DNA of 64,000 nt from an uncultured Elusimicrobia bacterium (lineage in GTDB: Bacteria; Elusimicrobiota; Elusimicrobia; 2-01-FULL-59-12). Both the position numbers and the translations under genes were made by a program. The DNA lies in assembly GCA_963702895.1 (NCBI GenBank), contig OY969767.1, positions 448,001 through 512,000 of the forward strand, read 5' to 3'. Under the pieces are notes generated by a model. That model was not told the origin of the DNA. It ran no database searches and saw only the letters and a list, made by a program, of their open reading frames with translations. This document shows positions 49,656 through 60,010 of this stretch, piece after piece. Positions within the stretch are counted from its first letter, which is position 1, and the number at the start of each line of letters is the position of its first letter.

Positions 49656-51132
49656 ACCTACTGGGTTTTTAGAATTTCAGCGGGAACTTCCAACCGATCG
49701 CCCTCCCGAAGAGAGGACACGCGATTGGAAGGAATTCCATCATCCTATGTCCGAGGAGAAGCTTCGGACCCAGGGTTCGCGCTGCATGGATTGCGGCGTG
49801 CCGTTCTGCCACACGGGCACCTTGATCGCCGGCATGGCCTCGGGATGCCCGATCAACAACCTCATCCCGGAGTGGAACGATCTGATTTACAAGAATCTCT
49901 GGCAGGAAGCCTTGGAGCGCCTTCATAAAACGAACAATTTCCCGGAATTCACCGGCCGCGTCTGCCCGGCCCCTTGCGAGGCCGCCTGCGTGCTCGGGAT
50001 CAATAGTCCACCCGTTACGATCAAAAATATTGAATACTCCATTATTGAAAAAGGATTCGCTTCGGGATGGGTGACACCCGAGCCTCCCGCCAAGCGTACC
50101 GGCAAGAAGGTTGCGGTGGTGGGATCGGGCCCCGCGGGCCTTTCCTGCGCGGCACAGCTCAACAAGGCGGGACATCGGGTGACGGTCTACGAGCGCGCCG
50201 ACCGCATCGGGGGACTTCTCATGTATGGCATCCCCAACATGAAGCTCGATAAAGAGTCTGTCCAGCGCCGTGTGCGTCTCATGGAACAGGAAGGCATTAC
50301 CTTTGTGGTGAACACCGAAGTCGGGAAGAACCTTCCCGCGGAGAAGCTTCTCACCGAGTTTGACGCGGTGGTCCTGTGTACCGGCGCGACCAAGCCCCGG
50401 GATCTCTCCGTGCCGGGACGGGATCTCAAAGGCATTTACTTCGCGATGGAATACTTGCGCGCCAATACGCAAAGTCTCTTAGACTCAGGCCACAAGGACA
50501 GAAAGTTTATTTCGGCCAAAGACAAGGATGTCATTGTGATTGGCGGTGGCGACACAGGCACCGATTGCGTTGGAACTTCGCTTCGGCATGGGTGTCGGAG
50601 TCTCGTCCAGTTTGAGATTCTGCCGAAGCCGCCGCTCGCGCGCGCGGCCGACAACCCCTGGCCGCAGTGGCCCAAAATCTATAGCATCGATTATGGGCAA
50701 CAGGAAGCGGCGGCCCGCTACGGCCAAGATCCTCGCGTTTACTCGATTTCAACCAAGCGGTTCGAAGGAGACGCTCAAGGGAATCTGAAAGCGATCCATA
50801 CCGTCGGAGTGGAGTGGGTGAAGGGTCCCACAGGTCAATTCCAAATCAAAGAGGTGCCTGGATCTGAGAAAGTCTGGCCGGCACAGCTCGTGCTCCTAGC
50901 AATGGGTTTCCTCGGTCCAGAGGATCCGTTGCTCAAGGCGCTCAAGATCGAGCAGGACCCCCGGTCCAACATCAAAGCGGACTACGGCAGGTATTCGACA
51001 AGCGTACCACGCGTTTTCGCCGCGGGGGACGCGCGCCGCGGGCAGTCGCTCGTGGTCTGGGCCATCAACGAAGGCCGGGGCGCGGCGCGCGAATGCGACC
51101 GCACCCTGATGGGCCATACCGAGCTTCCCTGA
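49648..51132 (+). CDS. gltD: Glutamate synthase small subunit
   Basis: [34 protein letters not shown]. Confidence 0.97.
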   Translation: MGKPTGFLEFQRELPTDRPPEERTRDWKEFHHPMSEEKLRTQGSRCMDCGVPFCHTGTLIAGMASGCPINNLIPEWNDLIYKNLWQEALERLHKTNNFPEFTGRVCPAPCEAACVLGINSPPVTIKNIEYSIIEKGFASGWVTPEPPAKRTGKKVAVVGSGPAGLSCAAQLNKAGHRVTVYERADRIGGLLMYGIPNMKLDKESVQRRVRLMEQEGITFVVNTEVGKNLPAEKLLTEFDAVVLCTGATKPRDLSVPGRDLKGIYFAMEYLRANTQSLLDSGHKDRKFISAKDKDVIVIGGGDTGTDCVGTSLRHGCRSLVQFEILPKPPLARAADNPWPQWPKIYSIDYGQQEAAARYGQDPRVYSISTKRFEGDAQGNLKAIHTVGVEWVKGPTGQFQIKEVPGSEKVWPAQLVLLAMGFLGPEDPLLKALKIEQDPRSNIKADYGRYSTSVPRVFAAGDARRGQSLVVWAINEGRGAARECDRTLMGHTELP

Positions 51133-51140
51133 TACCTCGC

Positions 51141-51989
51141 ATGCCACGGCCGAAACCTCAGCCTACGCCGCCACCTTCCAGACAAGACCCCGATGTCATC
51201 TCCAGCCGCCAGAATCCCCTGATCAAGGAAATCATCAACATACGGGACGATCGGGATTCACCGCTCTTGTTTCTGGAAGGGCCCCGGCTGATCCATGAGG
51301 CGGTGAACGCCAACTGCAAGTTGGAGATCCTTGTGGTGAGCGAAGAATTTCCCCAGATTTCGTTCCTGGAGCCGATTCTCGCCAAGACCACGCGGGTCGT
51401 CAAAGTTTCGGAAGCGATGTTTCGCGCCATCTCGGATGTCGAAAATCCCCAAGGTCTCCTCGCCATCGGTCGCGAGCCGCTGTGGTCGTGGGAGGAGATC
51501 TTCGCCCGCAAGCCAGCCCCGGTCCTGATTCTGGACGCTCTTCAGGACCCCGGCAACGCCGCCTCCATCATCCGCACGGCGGACGCCGCGGGCGCCGCGG
51601 GTATCGTGACGACCCCGAAAACCGTGCATCTCTATTGCCCCAAGGCCCTGCGCGGCGCGATGGGGTCCTCGTTGCGCGTGCCGATCCTGGAGCATGTGCC
51701 GGTTGAGAAAATTGTGTCGATGCTGCGCAAGGCCGGTTATCAGATCGTGACGACGCCGCTGGAGACGAGCCAAAAGGTTCTTCGTTATGATCGACTCGAT
51801 TGGACCCAGCCTTGGGCCATGGTTGTGGGTCAGGAAGCCAAAGGGATCTCTTCCGCCTGGGACAAGGTGTCGGACGCATGCCTTCAGATCCCCATGAAGG
51901 GGCCGGTGCAGTCGCTCAATGTCGCGGCGGCGGCCGCTGTTTTGCTCTACGAAGCGTTTCGCGCACAGAACAAGGAGGATCAAGGATGA
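51141..51989 (+). CDS. TrmH/SpoU family RNA methyltransferase
   Basis: QDPGNA..IIRTA, GQEAKG, IPM...QSLNV. Confidence 0.92.
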   Translation: MPRPKPQPTPPPSRQDPDVISSRQNPLIKEIINIRDDRDSPLLFLEGPRLIHEAVNANCKLEILVVSEEFPQISFLEPILAKTTRVVKVSEAMFRAISDVENPQGLLAIGREPLWSWEEIFARKPAPVLILDALQDPGNAASIIRTADAAGAAGIVTTPKTVHLYCPKALRGAMGSSLRVPILEHVPVEKIVSMLRKAGYQIVTTPLETSQKVLRYDRLDWTQPWAMVVGQEAKGISSAWDKVSDACLQIPMKGPVQSLNVAAAAAVLLYEAFRAQNKEDQG

Positions 51990-52690
51990 AAACACAGCTT
52001 GTCATGCTCGCGTGGGTCGTGCTTGGGGTTTCCGCTTTTGGGTTTGCTGACAGTGACAAGAAAGAGCGTACCCTGACGGTCCAGGGACAGGGGAAAGTCT
52101 TCACGGTACCGGATGTCGCCAGGATTTCCGTCGAAGTCAGCCGGGACGGCGTGGAGCTGGACCCCGTGTTGGTGCAGGTCCGAAAAGATATGGCGCGGGT
52201 GCTGGAAGCGATCCAAGGCCAAGGACTGCCTGAAAAGGACATCCAGACAGAGCTCTTTCAGGTTCACCCCAAAGTCGAACGTGACAAGAACGGCAATCAG
52301 CGCCGTGTTGGCTTTGTCGTCACGAACCGCGCCTCCGTCAAGGTCCGTGACATCAAGAAAACCGGGAAGGTCCTTTCCGTCGCTTTATCGGCCGGCGCGA
52401 CTTCCGTGAACGGCCCGGACTTTGAGCTCGACAATCCCTCGGCTGCCGAACGGGAGGCGCTCGCCGCCGCGACGAAGGACGCCAAAGCCAAAGCCCAGAC
52501 GGTCGCGGAGGCGGCTGGCGTTCAGCTGGGAGAAATTTTGTCCATCAATCCTCAGCAGGTCAGCTGGCCTTCGCCGAGGCGCTTTGCCGCGCGCGCTATG
52601 ATGATGGACTCGGCGATGGCGGAGGAGCCCATCGCCGCGGGCGAACAGACGCTCGTGGCTTATACCTCCATCACGTTTGTAATTAAATAA
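51986..52690 (+). CDS. SIMPL (DUF541) family exported protein
   Basis: Signal peptide; TVQGQG.V...PD; A...AKAKA..VA...GV.LG. Confidence 0.9.
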   Translation: MKTQLVMLAWVVLGVSAFGFADSDKKERTLTVQGQGKVFTVPDVARISVEVSRDGVELDPVLVQVRKDMARVLEAIQGQGLPEKDIQTELFQVHPKVERDKNGNQRRVGFVVTNRASVKVRDIKKTGKVLSVALSAGATSVNGPDFELDNPSAAEREALAAATKDAKAKAQTVAEAAGVQLGEILSINPQQVSWPSPRRFAARAMMMDSAMAEEPIAAGEQTLVAYTSITFVIK

Positions 52691-52704
52691 GGCACTTTCA
52701 GTGC

Positions 52705-52826
52705 TGTCATCCCCCCCGGCTGTAAGGGGGGGACGCCACACAACAGGCGTCCGACCGTAGTGTGTCGGATCCATCATTCCACTTACGACTGTGATAGACC
52801 CCGGCTGACGACCGCCGGGGTGACGG
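52705..52826. repeat. REP-like inverted repeat pair
   Basis: gtcatccccccc.. and ..ccggggtgac arms between convergent genes; a related sequence lies at 60335-60366. Confidence 0.6.
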
Positions 52827-52844
52827 CCTAACTGAACTTTCCCG

Positions 52845-53477
52845 CTAGTCGTGATCCTTCGCCGGAAGGCTGTGCAGGTTCATCTGTCCGGGGAGAGTCG
52901 CCCCCGCCGAAATGATGCTTTGGATGCCTTGTTGTACGGTGAGGGACGTCATGCGGACCTCTTCAGGCTTAAAGAGGAAAAGGTCGCCTAAGTACAGGTG
53001 GTTGGTCGGGACGTAGACGGAAATCCTCTTCTCCTTTTTAGACGCCTCTGTTGTTTCGACTTCGCTCGTGACAAAGCCCAGGCTCAAGCCCCCTCCTCTG
53101 GGATGCTCCACCAGGACCACGCTGCGAAACGAGGCTTGGGACTGAGGCGAAAAAATCTGCATGACTTGCTTGGTCGTGTTGTAGATCGCCCGAAACACCG
53201 GGAGTTCCATGAAGACATAGTCGATGAGCTTGAGCAGGTAGCGCCCCACCACGTTCGAGCTGAGCGCGCCAGCCAGAAGGATCAAACCAAGCGTGACAAA
53301 GAGCCCCAGACCCGGGATGCGATAGCCAAAGAGCCTCTGCGTGATCGGCAAGGCCCAGTTGTCCATGAAGTGAAAGAGCCACGAGATCACCACCCATGTC
53401 GCGGCCAATGGCAAGAGCACAAAGATGCCGGTCAGGAAGTAGCGCCGGAGCGTTTTGCCTAGCATGGGCTTTATCAT
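52845..53477 (-). CDS. DUF502 family membrane protein
   Basis: YFLTG..VLLPL..T, P..RAIY..KQ, VLVEHPR, VYVPT. Confidence 0.88.
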   Translation of the reverse strand: MIKPMLGKTLRRYFLTGIFVLLPLAATWVVISWLFHFMDNWALPITQRLFGYRIPGLGLFVTLGLILLAGALSSNVVGRYLLKLIDYVFMELPVFRAIYNTTKQVMQIFSPQSQASFRSVVLVEHPRGGGLSLGFVTSEVETTEASKKEKRISVYVPTNHLYLGDLFLFKPEEVRMTSLTVQQGIQSIISAGATLPGQMNLHSLPAKDHD

Positions 53478-53500
53478 ACCTCTATCCCGCGAGGATTTTT

Positions 53501-53594
53501 CGAACCGGCGAGTGGGCGAGCCGGCGTGTCGGCGAATAGTCGACCAGCTATTGGAGCTGCGTCCGGACCGCCCGCGGAGAGCACTTGAAACGCT
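53501..53594 (+). repeat. Module X, copy 1
   Basis: Near-identical to the 3' part of 55541-55665; each copy precedes a TA pair. Confidence 0.9.
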
Positions 53595-53632
53595 CCGTTG
53601 CAACCCCCTGCCGCTCCTGTTAGAATGGCGGT

Positions 53633-53902
53633 ATGAAAGTGAACCGCGATCTCCTCTGGGACTACCACTTTAGTGAAGAAGAACTGGAAACTGAGTCCTT
53701 CCGCCAGTGGTATGTCGCTCGTGTCCTGACGCAGGGAACCTGCGAAGATATTCATGATCTAGGACTGCCGCTCATTCGCCGGCACCTTCCCGATCTGTGG
53801 CTCCCATCCGCCATACGACATTTCTGGGAATGGTATTTTGCGCTCCCTCATGCCCAATCCACCCGACCCGATACTTACTACTTTCCAGATCGAGCTGCTT
53901 AG
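53633..53902 (+). CDS. Small putative antitoxin (DUF6922-like)
   Basis: LLWDY..WYVARVL..G...D..FWEWYF; overlaps an AbiEii-like gene. Confidence 0.75.
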   Translation: MKVNRDLLWDYHFSEEELETESFRQWYVARVLTQGTCEDIHDLGLPLIRRHLPDLWLPSAIRHFWEWYFALPHAQSTRPDTYYFPDRAA

Positions 53903-54506
53903 CCGCATCGCTCGATCTCCGCTCAAGAAGACTTTCTTTTTGACGGGAGGAACGGCTTTGTCGGCCTGCTATCTGCGGCATCGTTTATCGGAAGATCTTG
54001 ATTTTTTTACGGAAGAACCCCATGCGGTCAGGCAGGTCGAAGCCCATCTTGCGGCCCTCGTCCGTGAAGCTTCCTGCAAACTGCGCATTGCCAGGCAATT
54101 TGACACTTTTATAGAAGCGTTTGTGACGTCTCCCCAGGGAGAGACGGTCAAAATTGATTTTGCCCAGGACTCTCCCTTTCGGCTGAGACCGATCGAAGTC
54201 TCCGAGTACGGCATCCGTGTGGATAATGCGCTGGACATCGCGTGCAACAAGCTGTCGGCACTCTTTGAACGGGCAGCGTCCAAGGATTTTGTAGATCTGT
54301 ACTTTATCACGCAGAAGTTGTTTCCATTTCAAGAGCTCCTGAGGGACGCCCGGAAAAAGCATGTCGGGCTGGACGCTTATTGGCTTGCGATCGCCTTCCA
54401 GCGCGTTGAGCGAATTGACAAATGGCCGGTCATGAAAATCCCCTGTGATTTTGAAGCTCTCCGCGCCGACTTCCTGGCCAAAGCCCGCGAACTGCTGGCG
54501 CCTTGA
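53850..54506 (+). CDS. AbiEii-family nucleotidyltransferase toxin
   Basis: LTGGTAL...YL.HRLSEDLDFF, NKL.AL..R...KDFVDLY. Confidence 0.9.
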   Translation: MPNPPDPILTTFQIELLSRIARSPLKKTFFLTGGTALSACYLRHRLSEDLDFFTEEPHAVRQVEAHLAALVREASCKLRIARQFDTFIEAFVTSPQGETVKIDFAQDSPFRLRPIEVSEYGIRVDNALDIACNKLSALFERAASKDFVDLYFITQKLFPFQELLRDARKKHVGLDAYWLAIAFQRVERIDKWPVMKIPCDFEALRADFLAKARELLAP

Positions 54507-54529
54507 AGCCAAGGAGACTGTCCTTTCCG

Positions 54530-54894
54530 ATGATCTGATACGGCAGATCCTGGGTACCGTACGGCGGATCCGCCGCACGGAGCCTAAGATCCGCCCCATG
54601 GTTCATAGAATCCGCCTCTTTCCCAAGGCCCAAGGCCTTTCTGCCCATGCCGTCCTGGGTTTTTATTTAACCTAATATTAACAGTGCCGCCATTTGGCCG
54701 TAACCTGCCTCCGCTATGCTTTATGGCGATGGGGCGCCAGAGCACACGGCGCCCGCCCACGTAGGCGAGGACCGCTTTTCAGGGTGGCCCGCCGGAAAGG
54801 GCGGATCCAGATAGGCACTATCAAGGAGCCCCACAATACGACCGCCTCGGCGAAAGCCTGGCGGAAACGGGTCCCCCGAGAAGCTTTGTGGGAC
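54530..54894 (+). repeat. Module L, copy 1 (collapsed 21-bp repeats plus structured leader)
   Basis: Highly similar to both ends of 58188-58952. Confidence 0.9.
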
Positions 54895-54914
54895 ACCAAA
54901 ACGAGGAGCTAATC

Positions 54915-55160
54915 ATGAAACGCTTAATTCGAGTCTTAGCAGCCCTGGCTGTAATCGTCACAATCGGTGGAGTTGGCAAGAGCTTCGCTGATGATAATCG
55001 GGAGATGCTCTGCCAAGCTGCACTAGTGGTAGAAGACTGGGCGAGAGAAGATTGGCTTGCCTGCATAAGAGGATACACAGAAGAATCGTGTAAGAGTCAA
55101 AGGGATAACTATAGTCAGGCCGTTCAGAATTCGATATGGTGGTGCCAAATTATGATTTAA
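54915..55160 (+). CDS. Small secreted 4-Cys peptide (81 aa)
   Basis: RBS gaggag; Sec signal MKRLIRVLAALAVIV..SFA; 4 Cys in the mature part. Confidence 0.8.
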   Translation: MKRLIRVLAALAVIVTIGGVGKSFADDNREMLCQAALVVEDWAREDWLACIRGYTEESCKSQRDNYSQAVQNSIWWCQIMI

Positions 55161-55253
55161 CTTTTCATAGTGCAGTCTTCAGTAAACGGTAAGTTTATAA
55201 CACCCCCCGCCCGGGCGAAAGCCCCGGCGGGGTGCTGTGGTTTTGAGGGGACG

Positions 55254-55350
55254 GTCCTCGGAAACTCGGTAAGTTTTAAACAACATCCCTCCGCCCGGGC
55301 GAAAACCCCCGGCGGGGGATTGTCTTGTTGGACCGAGCTAGCGTGTTGGC
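55254..55350 (+). repeat. Module H, copy 1 (long hairpin; partial copy at 55186-55235)
   Basis: ctcggt..accgag closing stem with a ccgggcgaaa.ccccgg apex; repeated at 59733 and 62799. Confidence 0.9.
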
Positions 55351-55376
55351 GAACCGGCGAGTGGGCGAGCCGGCGA

Positions 55377-55490
55377 CCCGCCTACGCTAAAGCTACGGCG
55401 GGCAAGCCCGGCGACCCGCCTACGCTAAAGCTACGGCGGGCAAGCCCGGCGACTCGCCTACGCTAAAGCTACGGCGGGCAAGCCCGGCGA
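55377..55490 (+). repeat. Three tandem 38-bp palindromic REP-like units
   Basis: cccgcctacgctaaagctacggcgggcaagcccggcga x3. Confidence 0.9.
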
Positions 55491-55540
55491 ATCGCCCGCC
55501 ACTACATCACGGCGGGCCCGCCAACGATGTGATGGCGGGG

Positions 55541-55665
55541 CGAACCGGCGAGTGGGCGAATCGGCGAACCGGCGAGTGGGCGAATCGGCGAGCCGGCGTG
55601 TCGGCGAATAGTCGACCAGCTATTGGAGCTGCGTCCGGACCGCCCGCGGGGAGCACTTGAGCGCT
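55541..55665 (+). repeat. Module X, copy 2
   Basis: Matches 53501-53594, with extra octamer units. Confidence 0.9.
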
Positions 55666-55729
55666 ACACAGACGAAATTGGCCTGGTAGCAAGAGAAGCG
55701 GGATGCTATACTTAAGCAGGTAATCGAAA

Positions 55730-55918
55730 ATGAAATGCAATGCCAATCCTCATTCCAAGCGTGATCCCAAAAAAGCTCTGGAAATCCTGCGCCGCAGCCA
55801 GAATCTGTCTAGTCGCCACGGCGGCCCTACCCAAGGGATGACCAAGGACGAGATCATCCGGTCCATCAAAAAAACCCGCGAAGAGTTGTGGTCTACGTAT
55901 CTTGCGCCTCGTTCTTGA
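55730..55918 (+). CDS. Small putative antitoxin
   Basis: GMTKDEIIRSIKKTREELW; overlaps the PIN gene. Confidence 0.65.
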   Translation: MKCNANPHSKRDPKKALEILRRSQNLSSRHGGPTQGMTKDEIIRSIKKTREELWSTYLAPRS

Positions 55919-56321
55919 CTCCAACGAATACATTCTAGTTTTCGGCAGCGAACGGGATCCCGCGAGCGAGAAGCTCTTGGCTCAAATCGCTGTGAAGTCA
56001 AACAAGTACACGCTCAGCATTTGCCGTCCAATTTTGGACGAACTGGGCCGCCATCTTCTCCCCCGCCAGTTAAGCGATGTCTACTCCTTTCTGAACGCAA
56101 TCACCGTTAACATCGATGAACGCTGGGTTGTCCCATTTGAATTTGTTGAGCGTTATATCGAACGCGGGCTAAAGCGCGGAGACGCTTTTATCGCAGGGTA
56201 TACGGAGTGGGTAGGCGCGGATTGCCTTGTTTCAGAAAATCGTGCCGACATCGTCAGTCAAGCCAAGCTCTTTCCTTTTCGAGTATTCACCGCCGAACAA
56301 TTCATAAAAAAACATCACTAA
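55902..56321 (+). CDS. PIN domain (VapC-like) toxin
   Basis: RLVLDSN, ILDEL, GDAFIA, CLVSEN. Confidence 0.85.
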   Translation: MRLVLDSNEYILVFGSERDPASEKLLAQIAVKSNKYTLSICRPILDELGRHLLPRQLSDVYSFLNAITVNIDERWVVPFEFVERYIERGLKRGDAFIAGYTEWVGADCLVSENRADIVSQAKLFPFRVFTAEQFIKKHH

Positions 56322-56672
56322 TTTGCGCTGGAACGACGCCCCAGCCATCGAGATATCATGTGGTTATATTACGCGGTATTATAACCGCCTGTCAGTCGGC
56401 GCGGGCGATCTGCGCGGACTGCAGAGTTTTCGGGACTATTACGGCCGCAAACACCAGGCGTGGCTTTTCTACGCCGGCGACACCCCGAAAAGACTCGTTA
56501 ATGTCAACCTTCGGCCCTGGCAAAGCGGCCTGCGCGAGCTTGTCGAGTCACCATTGAATGGGCGGACGGTCCGTGACGGTCATGAGTCTTCTAACCCAAA
56601 AGCTCACGTAACGCCCAAGTCTCATCGGAGCACTTTTCACCGTTTCGGTACCCCTTCCGTCGTCACCCCGAT

Positions 56673-57886
56673 TTCTATGACCTCGGTCAAGCATTTTTTA
56701 GGATCCGAGGATTGACTGACCTATAGTCAGCAAGATACGGTGACTTTGTGCGCAGTACGGCACAGATAATGCGCAAGAGTTTGTTGGCAATGTTGTTGAG
56801 CGCCAAGCGTTTGGCTTTTCCGGCTTGTACTTTTCTTTCAAAGTAGTGCCTGAACTGCTGATGATGTGTGCGAAGGGATCGGGCTGCCAGGTGCAATAGC
56901 TTGCGGATGATGTCCGGACCGATCCCGCGAGAGCTTGCATTCTTGCGCACGGAAGTTCCGCTGGAGTGTTCGAGTGGGCACATGCCCAAATACGAGGCGA
57001 TGCGGCGGGGTTCCAGGGATCGCGTAAAGCCTTGGCTGATGACCATCAAATGGGCCGTCAAGAGTCGGCCCACCCCAGGGATGGTGAGCAGCAAGCTCAC
57101 CATGGGGCCAATGGTGGGGTGGTTTGAGATCAGTTGATCCAAGGCCTGATCGATTTTTTTGATCTGTTCTTTGAGATGGCGGATGGTGTCCAGGAAGCTT
57201 TGTTCGGCGAGGATCGTGCGAACGACTTTCCGGCTGATGGCCGACAAGGCATTTTGATTGGCGGTCATCTGGCCGGTCAGCTGCTCGCGCGTCGTCAGAA
57301 GAACACGGACTTGTTCGATCAAGGCTTCCGAGGGTTTCCAGAACGCGAGTTGATCGAAAAAGCGCCAGGCATATTCGGCGAGCTGGCGGCTATCGATGGG
57401 GTCGCTTTTGGCTCCCAGGGGGTGAAAGGCGCGTTTGGTTTTATGCGGCGCCTCCACCGACACCGGATAGCCTTTGGCACAGAGCCAGTAGCAGAGCTGC
57501 TCCGCATAAACACCGGTGGCTTCCATGCAGACCACGGTATTGGTGGAATCGACTCCGCGTTTCTTAAACCAGGCTTCGAATTCCTCAAAGCCGGCGGGTG
57601 TATTGGCGAGCGTCTGATGTTTGGAATACTTTTGTTCGGCTGAGCTGTAATGTGTTGCGCTGAAGGTTTGATCGGCGATATCAACGCCTATGTAATGGAG
57701 AGGTGGGTTCATAAGGCTCCTTTTTGTAAGTGCCGACATTCGTGATGCGAGCTTTGCCTATTAAGGGTTTTTATGACATCACTTCTATCTAGCTTTGGAT
57801 CACGAAAGAATGGGGTCTTTACCGGGGTATGGTTTTCACCTTGGCGAAAGTTAGACTTATTCCATTCTTGTCGGTGTCTTCTTCTA
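56673..57886 (-). mobile_element. IS110-family element
   Basis: Recombinase ORF, structured upstream non-coding end, and TTCTA at both putative boundaries (56673-56677, 57882-57886). Confidence 0.75.
56687..57712 (-). CDS. IS110 family DEDD recombinase/transposase
   Basis: IGVDIA, CMEATGVY, KSDPIDS, IPGVG, P..HSSG. Confidence 0.95.
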   Translation of the reverse strand: MNPPLHYIGVDIADQTFSATHYSSAEQKYSKHQTLANTPAGFEEFEAWFKKRGVDSTNTVVCMEATGVYAEQLCYWLCAKGYPVSVEAPHKTKRAFHPLGAKSDPIDSRQLAEYAWRFFDQLAFWKPSEALIEQVRVLLTTREQLTGQMTANQNALSAISRKVVRTILAEQSFLDTIRHLKEQIKKIDQALDQLISNHPTIGPMVSLLLTIPGVGRLLTAHLMVISQGFTRSLEPRRIASYLGMCPLEHSSGTSVRKNASSRGIGPDIIRKLLHLAARSLRTHHQQFRHYFERKVQAGKAKRLALNNIANKLLRIICAVLRTKSPYLADYRSVNPRILKNA

Positions 57887-58187
57887 GAGTCTACAAAGAC
57901 TCGAGAAAAGTCTAATAGGCGAAAGCCGGCCCTCCAGACTCCCGGCGGGCCGAGTCGCCGGACTTGTGGAGACCCGGGGTCCAGTCCATCGGATGTTCTG
58001 GATACCGGCCCGCCAGACTACCGTCGGGCCGCCCGCCAGGGTAGTGTGGAGGGCGGCGTTCGCCGGTATGACGGCATTGGCTTACGTGAGGATTTGGGTT
58101 CTTTACGCTTCCGTTGGGCAATTCCCGTAAGCGCCCGAGCCTCGCCATGATCGGCTCACACGCCATCGGCCTGGTCAAAACGATCTT

Positions 58188-58952
58188 ATGATCTGATACG
58201 GCAGATCCTGGGTACCGTACGGCGGAACCTTGGTACCATACAGCAGATCTTCAGTACCGTACGGCAGATCTTTGGTACATACGGCGGATCTTCAGTACCG
58301 TACGGCGGATCTTCAGTACCGTACGGCGGGTCCTTGGTACCATACGGCGGATCTCCGGTACCGTACAGCAGATCTTTGGTACCGTACGGCGGATACTAGA
58401 TATCGTACGGCAGATCTTCGATTCCCATGCAGCGGATCTGCCCCATGGTACTGAAGATCTGCCCCATGGTACTGAAGATCTGCCTCATGGAGCTTGAAGA
58501 TCCGCCTCATGGTACTGAAGCTCCGCCTCATGGAACCGAAGATCTGCCGTACGAAGCTGATGATCCGCCGCATGGTTCCTCGAATCCGCCTCACGGTTCC
58601 TCGGATCCGCCTCACGGAGCCTAAGATCCGCCGCACGGAGCCTAAGATCCGCCCCATGGTTCATAGAATCCGCCTCTTTCCCAAGGCCCAAGGCCTTTCT
58701 GCCCATCCTGTCCTGGGTTTTTATTTAACTCATTTTTAACACTGCCACCATTTGCCCGTAACCTGCCTCCACTATGCTTTATGGCGATGGGGCGCCAGAG
58801 CACACGGCGCCCGCCCACGTAGGCGAGGACCGCGTTTCAGGGTGGCCCGCCGGAACGGGCGGATCCAGATAGGCAATATCAAGGAGCCCCACAAAACGAC
58901 CGTCACGGCGAAAGCCTGGCGGAAACGGGTCCCCCCAGAAGCTTTGTGGGAC
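58188..58952 (+). repeat. Module L, copy 2 (expanded inverted 21-bp arrays plus structured leader)
   Basis: (tacggcggatcttcagtaccg)n followed by reverse-complement units, then the leader shared with copy 1. Confidence 0.9.
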
Positions 58953-58968
58953 TTAAAGGAGACAGAAA

Positions 58969-59220
58969 ATGAAGAAAGTATTCTTAGGTGCTGCGCTGGT
59001 GCTCGGTATCAGCTTCTTTGCCAATCCTCAGCAAGCGTTCGCATGGTGTTACAGCATCGGTAATGGTGAAACGCAGTGTGTTGAAGTTTACCGCGACGCT
59101 CCCGAATGCGATGGCGGACAGCTGGCCTGGGTCACTGAAGGGGTCATGTCTGATGGCGTCTTCTGGATCAGCAGAGAGTACTCCTACTGTCGCACGTGGG
59201 GGGTACCTCAAATGTACTGA
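58969..59220 (+). CDS. Small secreted 4-Cys peptide (83 aa)
   Basis: RBS aaggag; signal MKKVFLGAALVLG..AFA; 4 Cys; terminator-like hairpin 59250-59290. Confidence 0.8.
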   Translation: MKKVFLGAALVLGISFFANPQQAFAWCYSIGNGETQCVEVYRDAPECDGGQLAWVTEGVMSDGVFWISREYSYCRTWGVPQMY

Positions 59221-59732
59221 TGTTTGAATAACGAATTAGCTGTAGTTCACAAAAACGCCCCACCAGACGTCTGGTGGGACGTTTTGTTTTGTCCGTAAAT
59301 CCAGCCGATTCCTTGGCCCTTCGCGGAGAATTATTGTGGAGTTTTGAAGTTTTGAGGGGACGCTCATTAGAGGTTTTTCCGTCAAGTGGCGAAAGATCTC
59401 CTCCCGCCGTGTCGTGGCTGTTGATGTATCGTGAAACCTCCGTTGTAGACGTTGCCGCATCCAGGTTCTCTCTTTTTTAGGTTACGGCACGAAGCCGCAC
59501 CAGACACTCATCAGGATCAAGACGAACACGATGAACTGCGCTCATCCCTGCCCCCTCACGGGAGCCCAGAAAACCATTGGTGCCCGGCTCTGTCCAGACT
59601 CATGATCGCCCGACGTCTGGCGATCGACAGTTCTGTGGCTGGCTCGCCCGACTTCTGGCGGCTGCCATCCCTTTGTGGCTCAGCGCCGAGGCGTCTTCGC
59701 CTAAAACAGCGGGTGACGGAAACGGCTAATCA

Positions 59733-59828
59733 GTCCTCGGAAACTCGGTAAGTTTTAAACAACATCCCCCCGCCCGGGCGAAAGCTCCGGCGGGGGATTG
59801 TCTTGTTGGACCGAGCTAGCGTGTTGGT
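59733..59828 (+). repeat. Module H, copy 2
   Basis: Near-identical to 55254-55350. Confidence 0.9.
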
Positions 59829-60010
59829 GAACCGGCGAGTGGGCGAATCGGCGAATCGGCGAACCGGCGAGTGGGCGAATCGGCGAACCGGCGAGTGGGC
59901 GAATCGGCGAACCGGCGAGTGGGCGAATCGGCGAACCGGCGAGTGGGCGAATCGGCGAACCGGCGAGTGGGCGAATCGGCGAACCGGCGAGTGGGCGAAT
60001 CGGCGAACCG
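59829..60010 (+). repeat. 24-bp tandem repeat built from octamers
   Basis: (ggcgaatc ggcgaacc ggcgagtg) about 7 times. Confidence 0.95.

Noticed and set aside
55254..55350. Canonical integron attC site
   Set aside because: No convincing RYYYAAC inverse core complementary to GTTGGAC, and no intI in the window. Kept only as an analogy.
56323..56715. 130-aa ORF, possible DUF4143 ATPase tail remnant
   Set aside because: Only a faint DLRGL..F..Y.G resemblance and a poor start; not supportable.
58188..58675. CRISPR array
   Set aside because: Repeats are contiguous and degenerate with no unique spacers, and there are no cas genes in the window.
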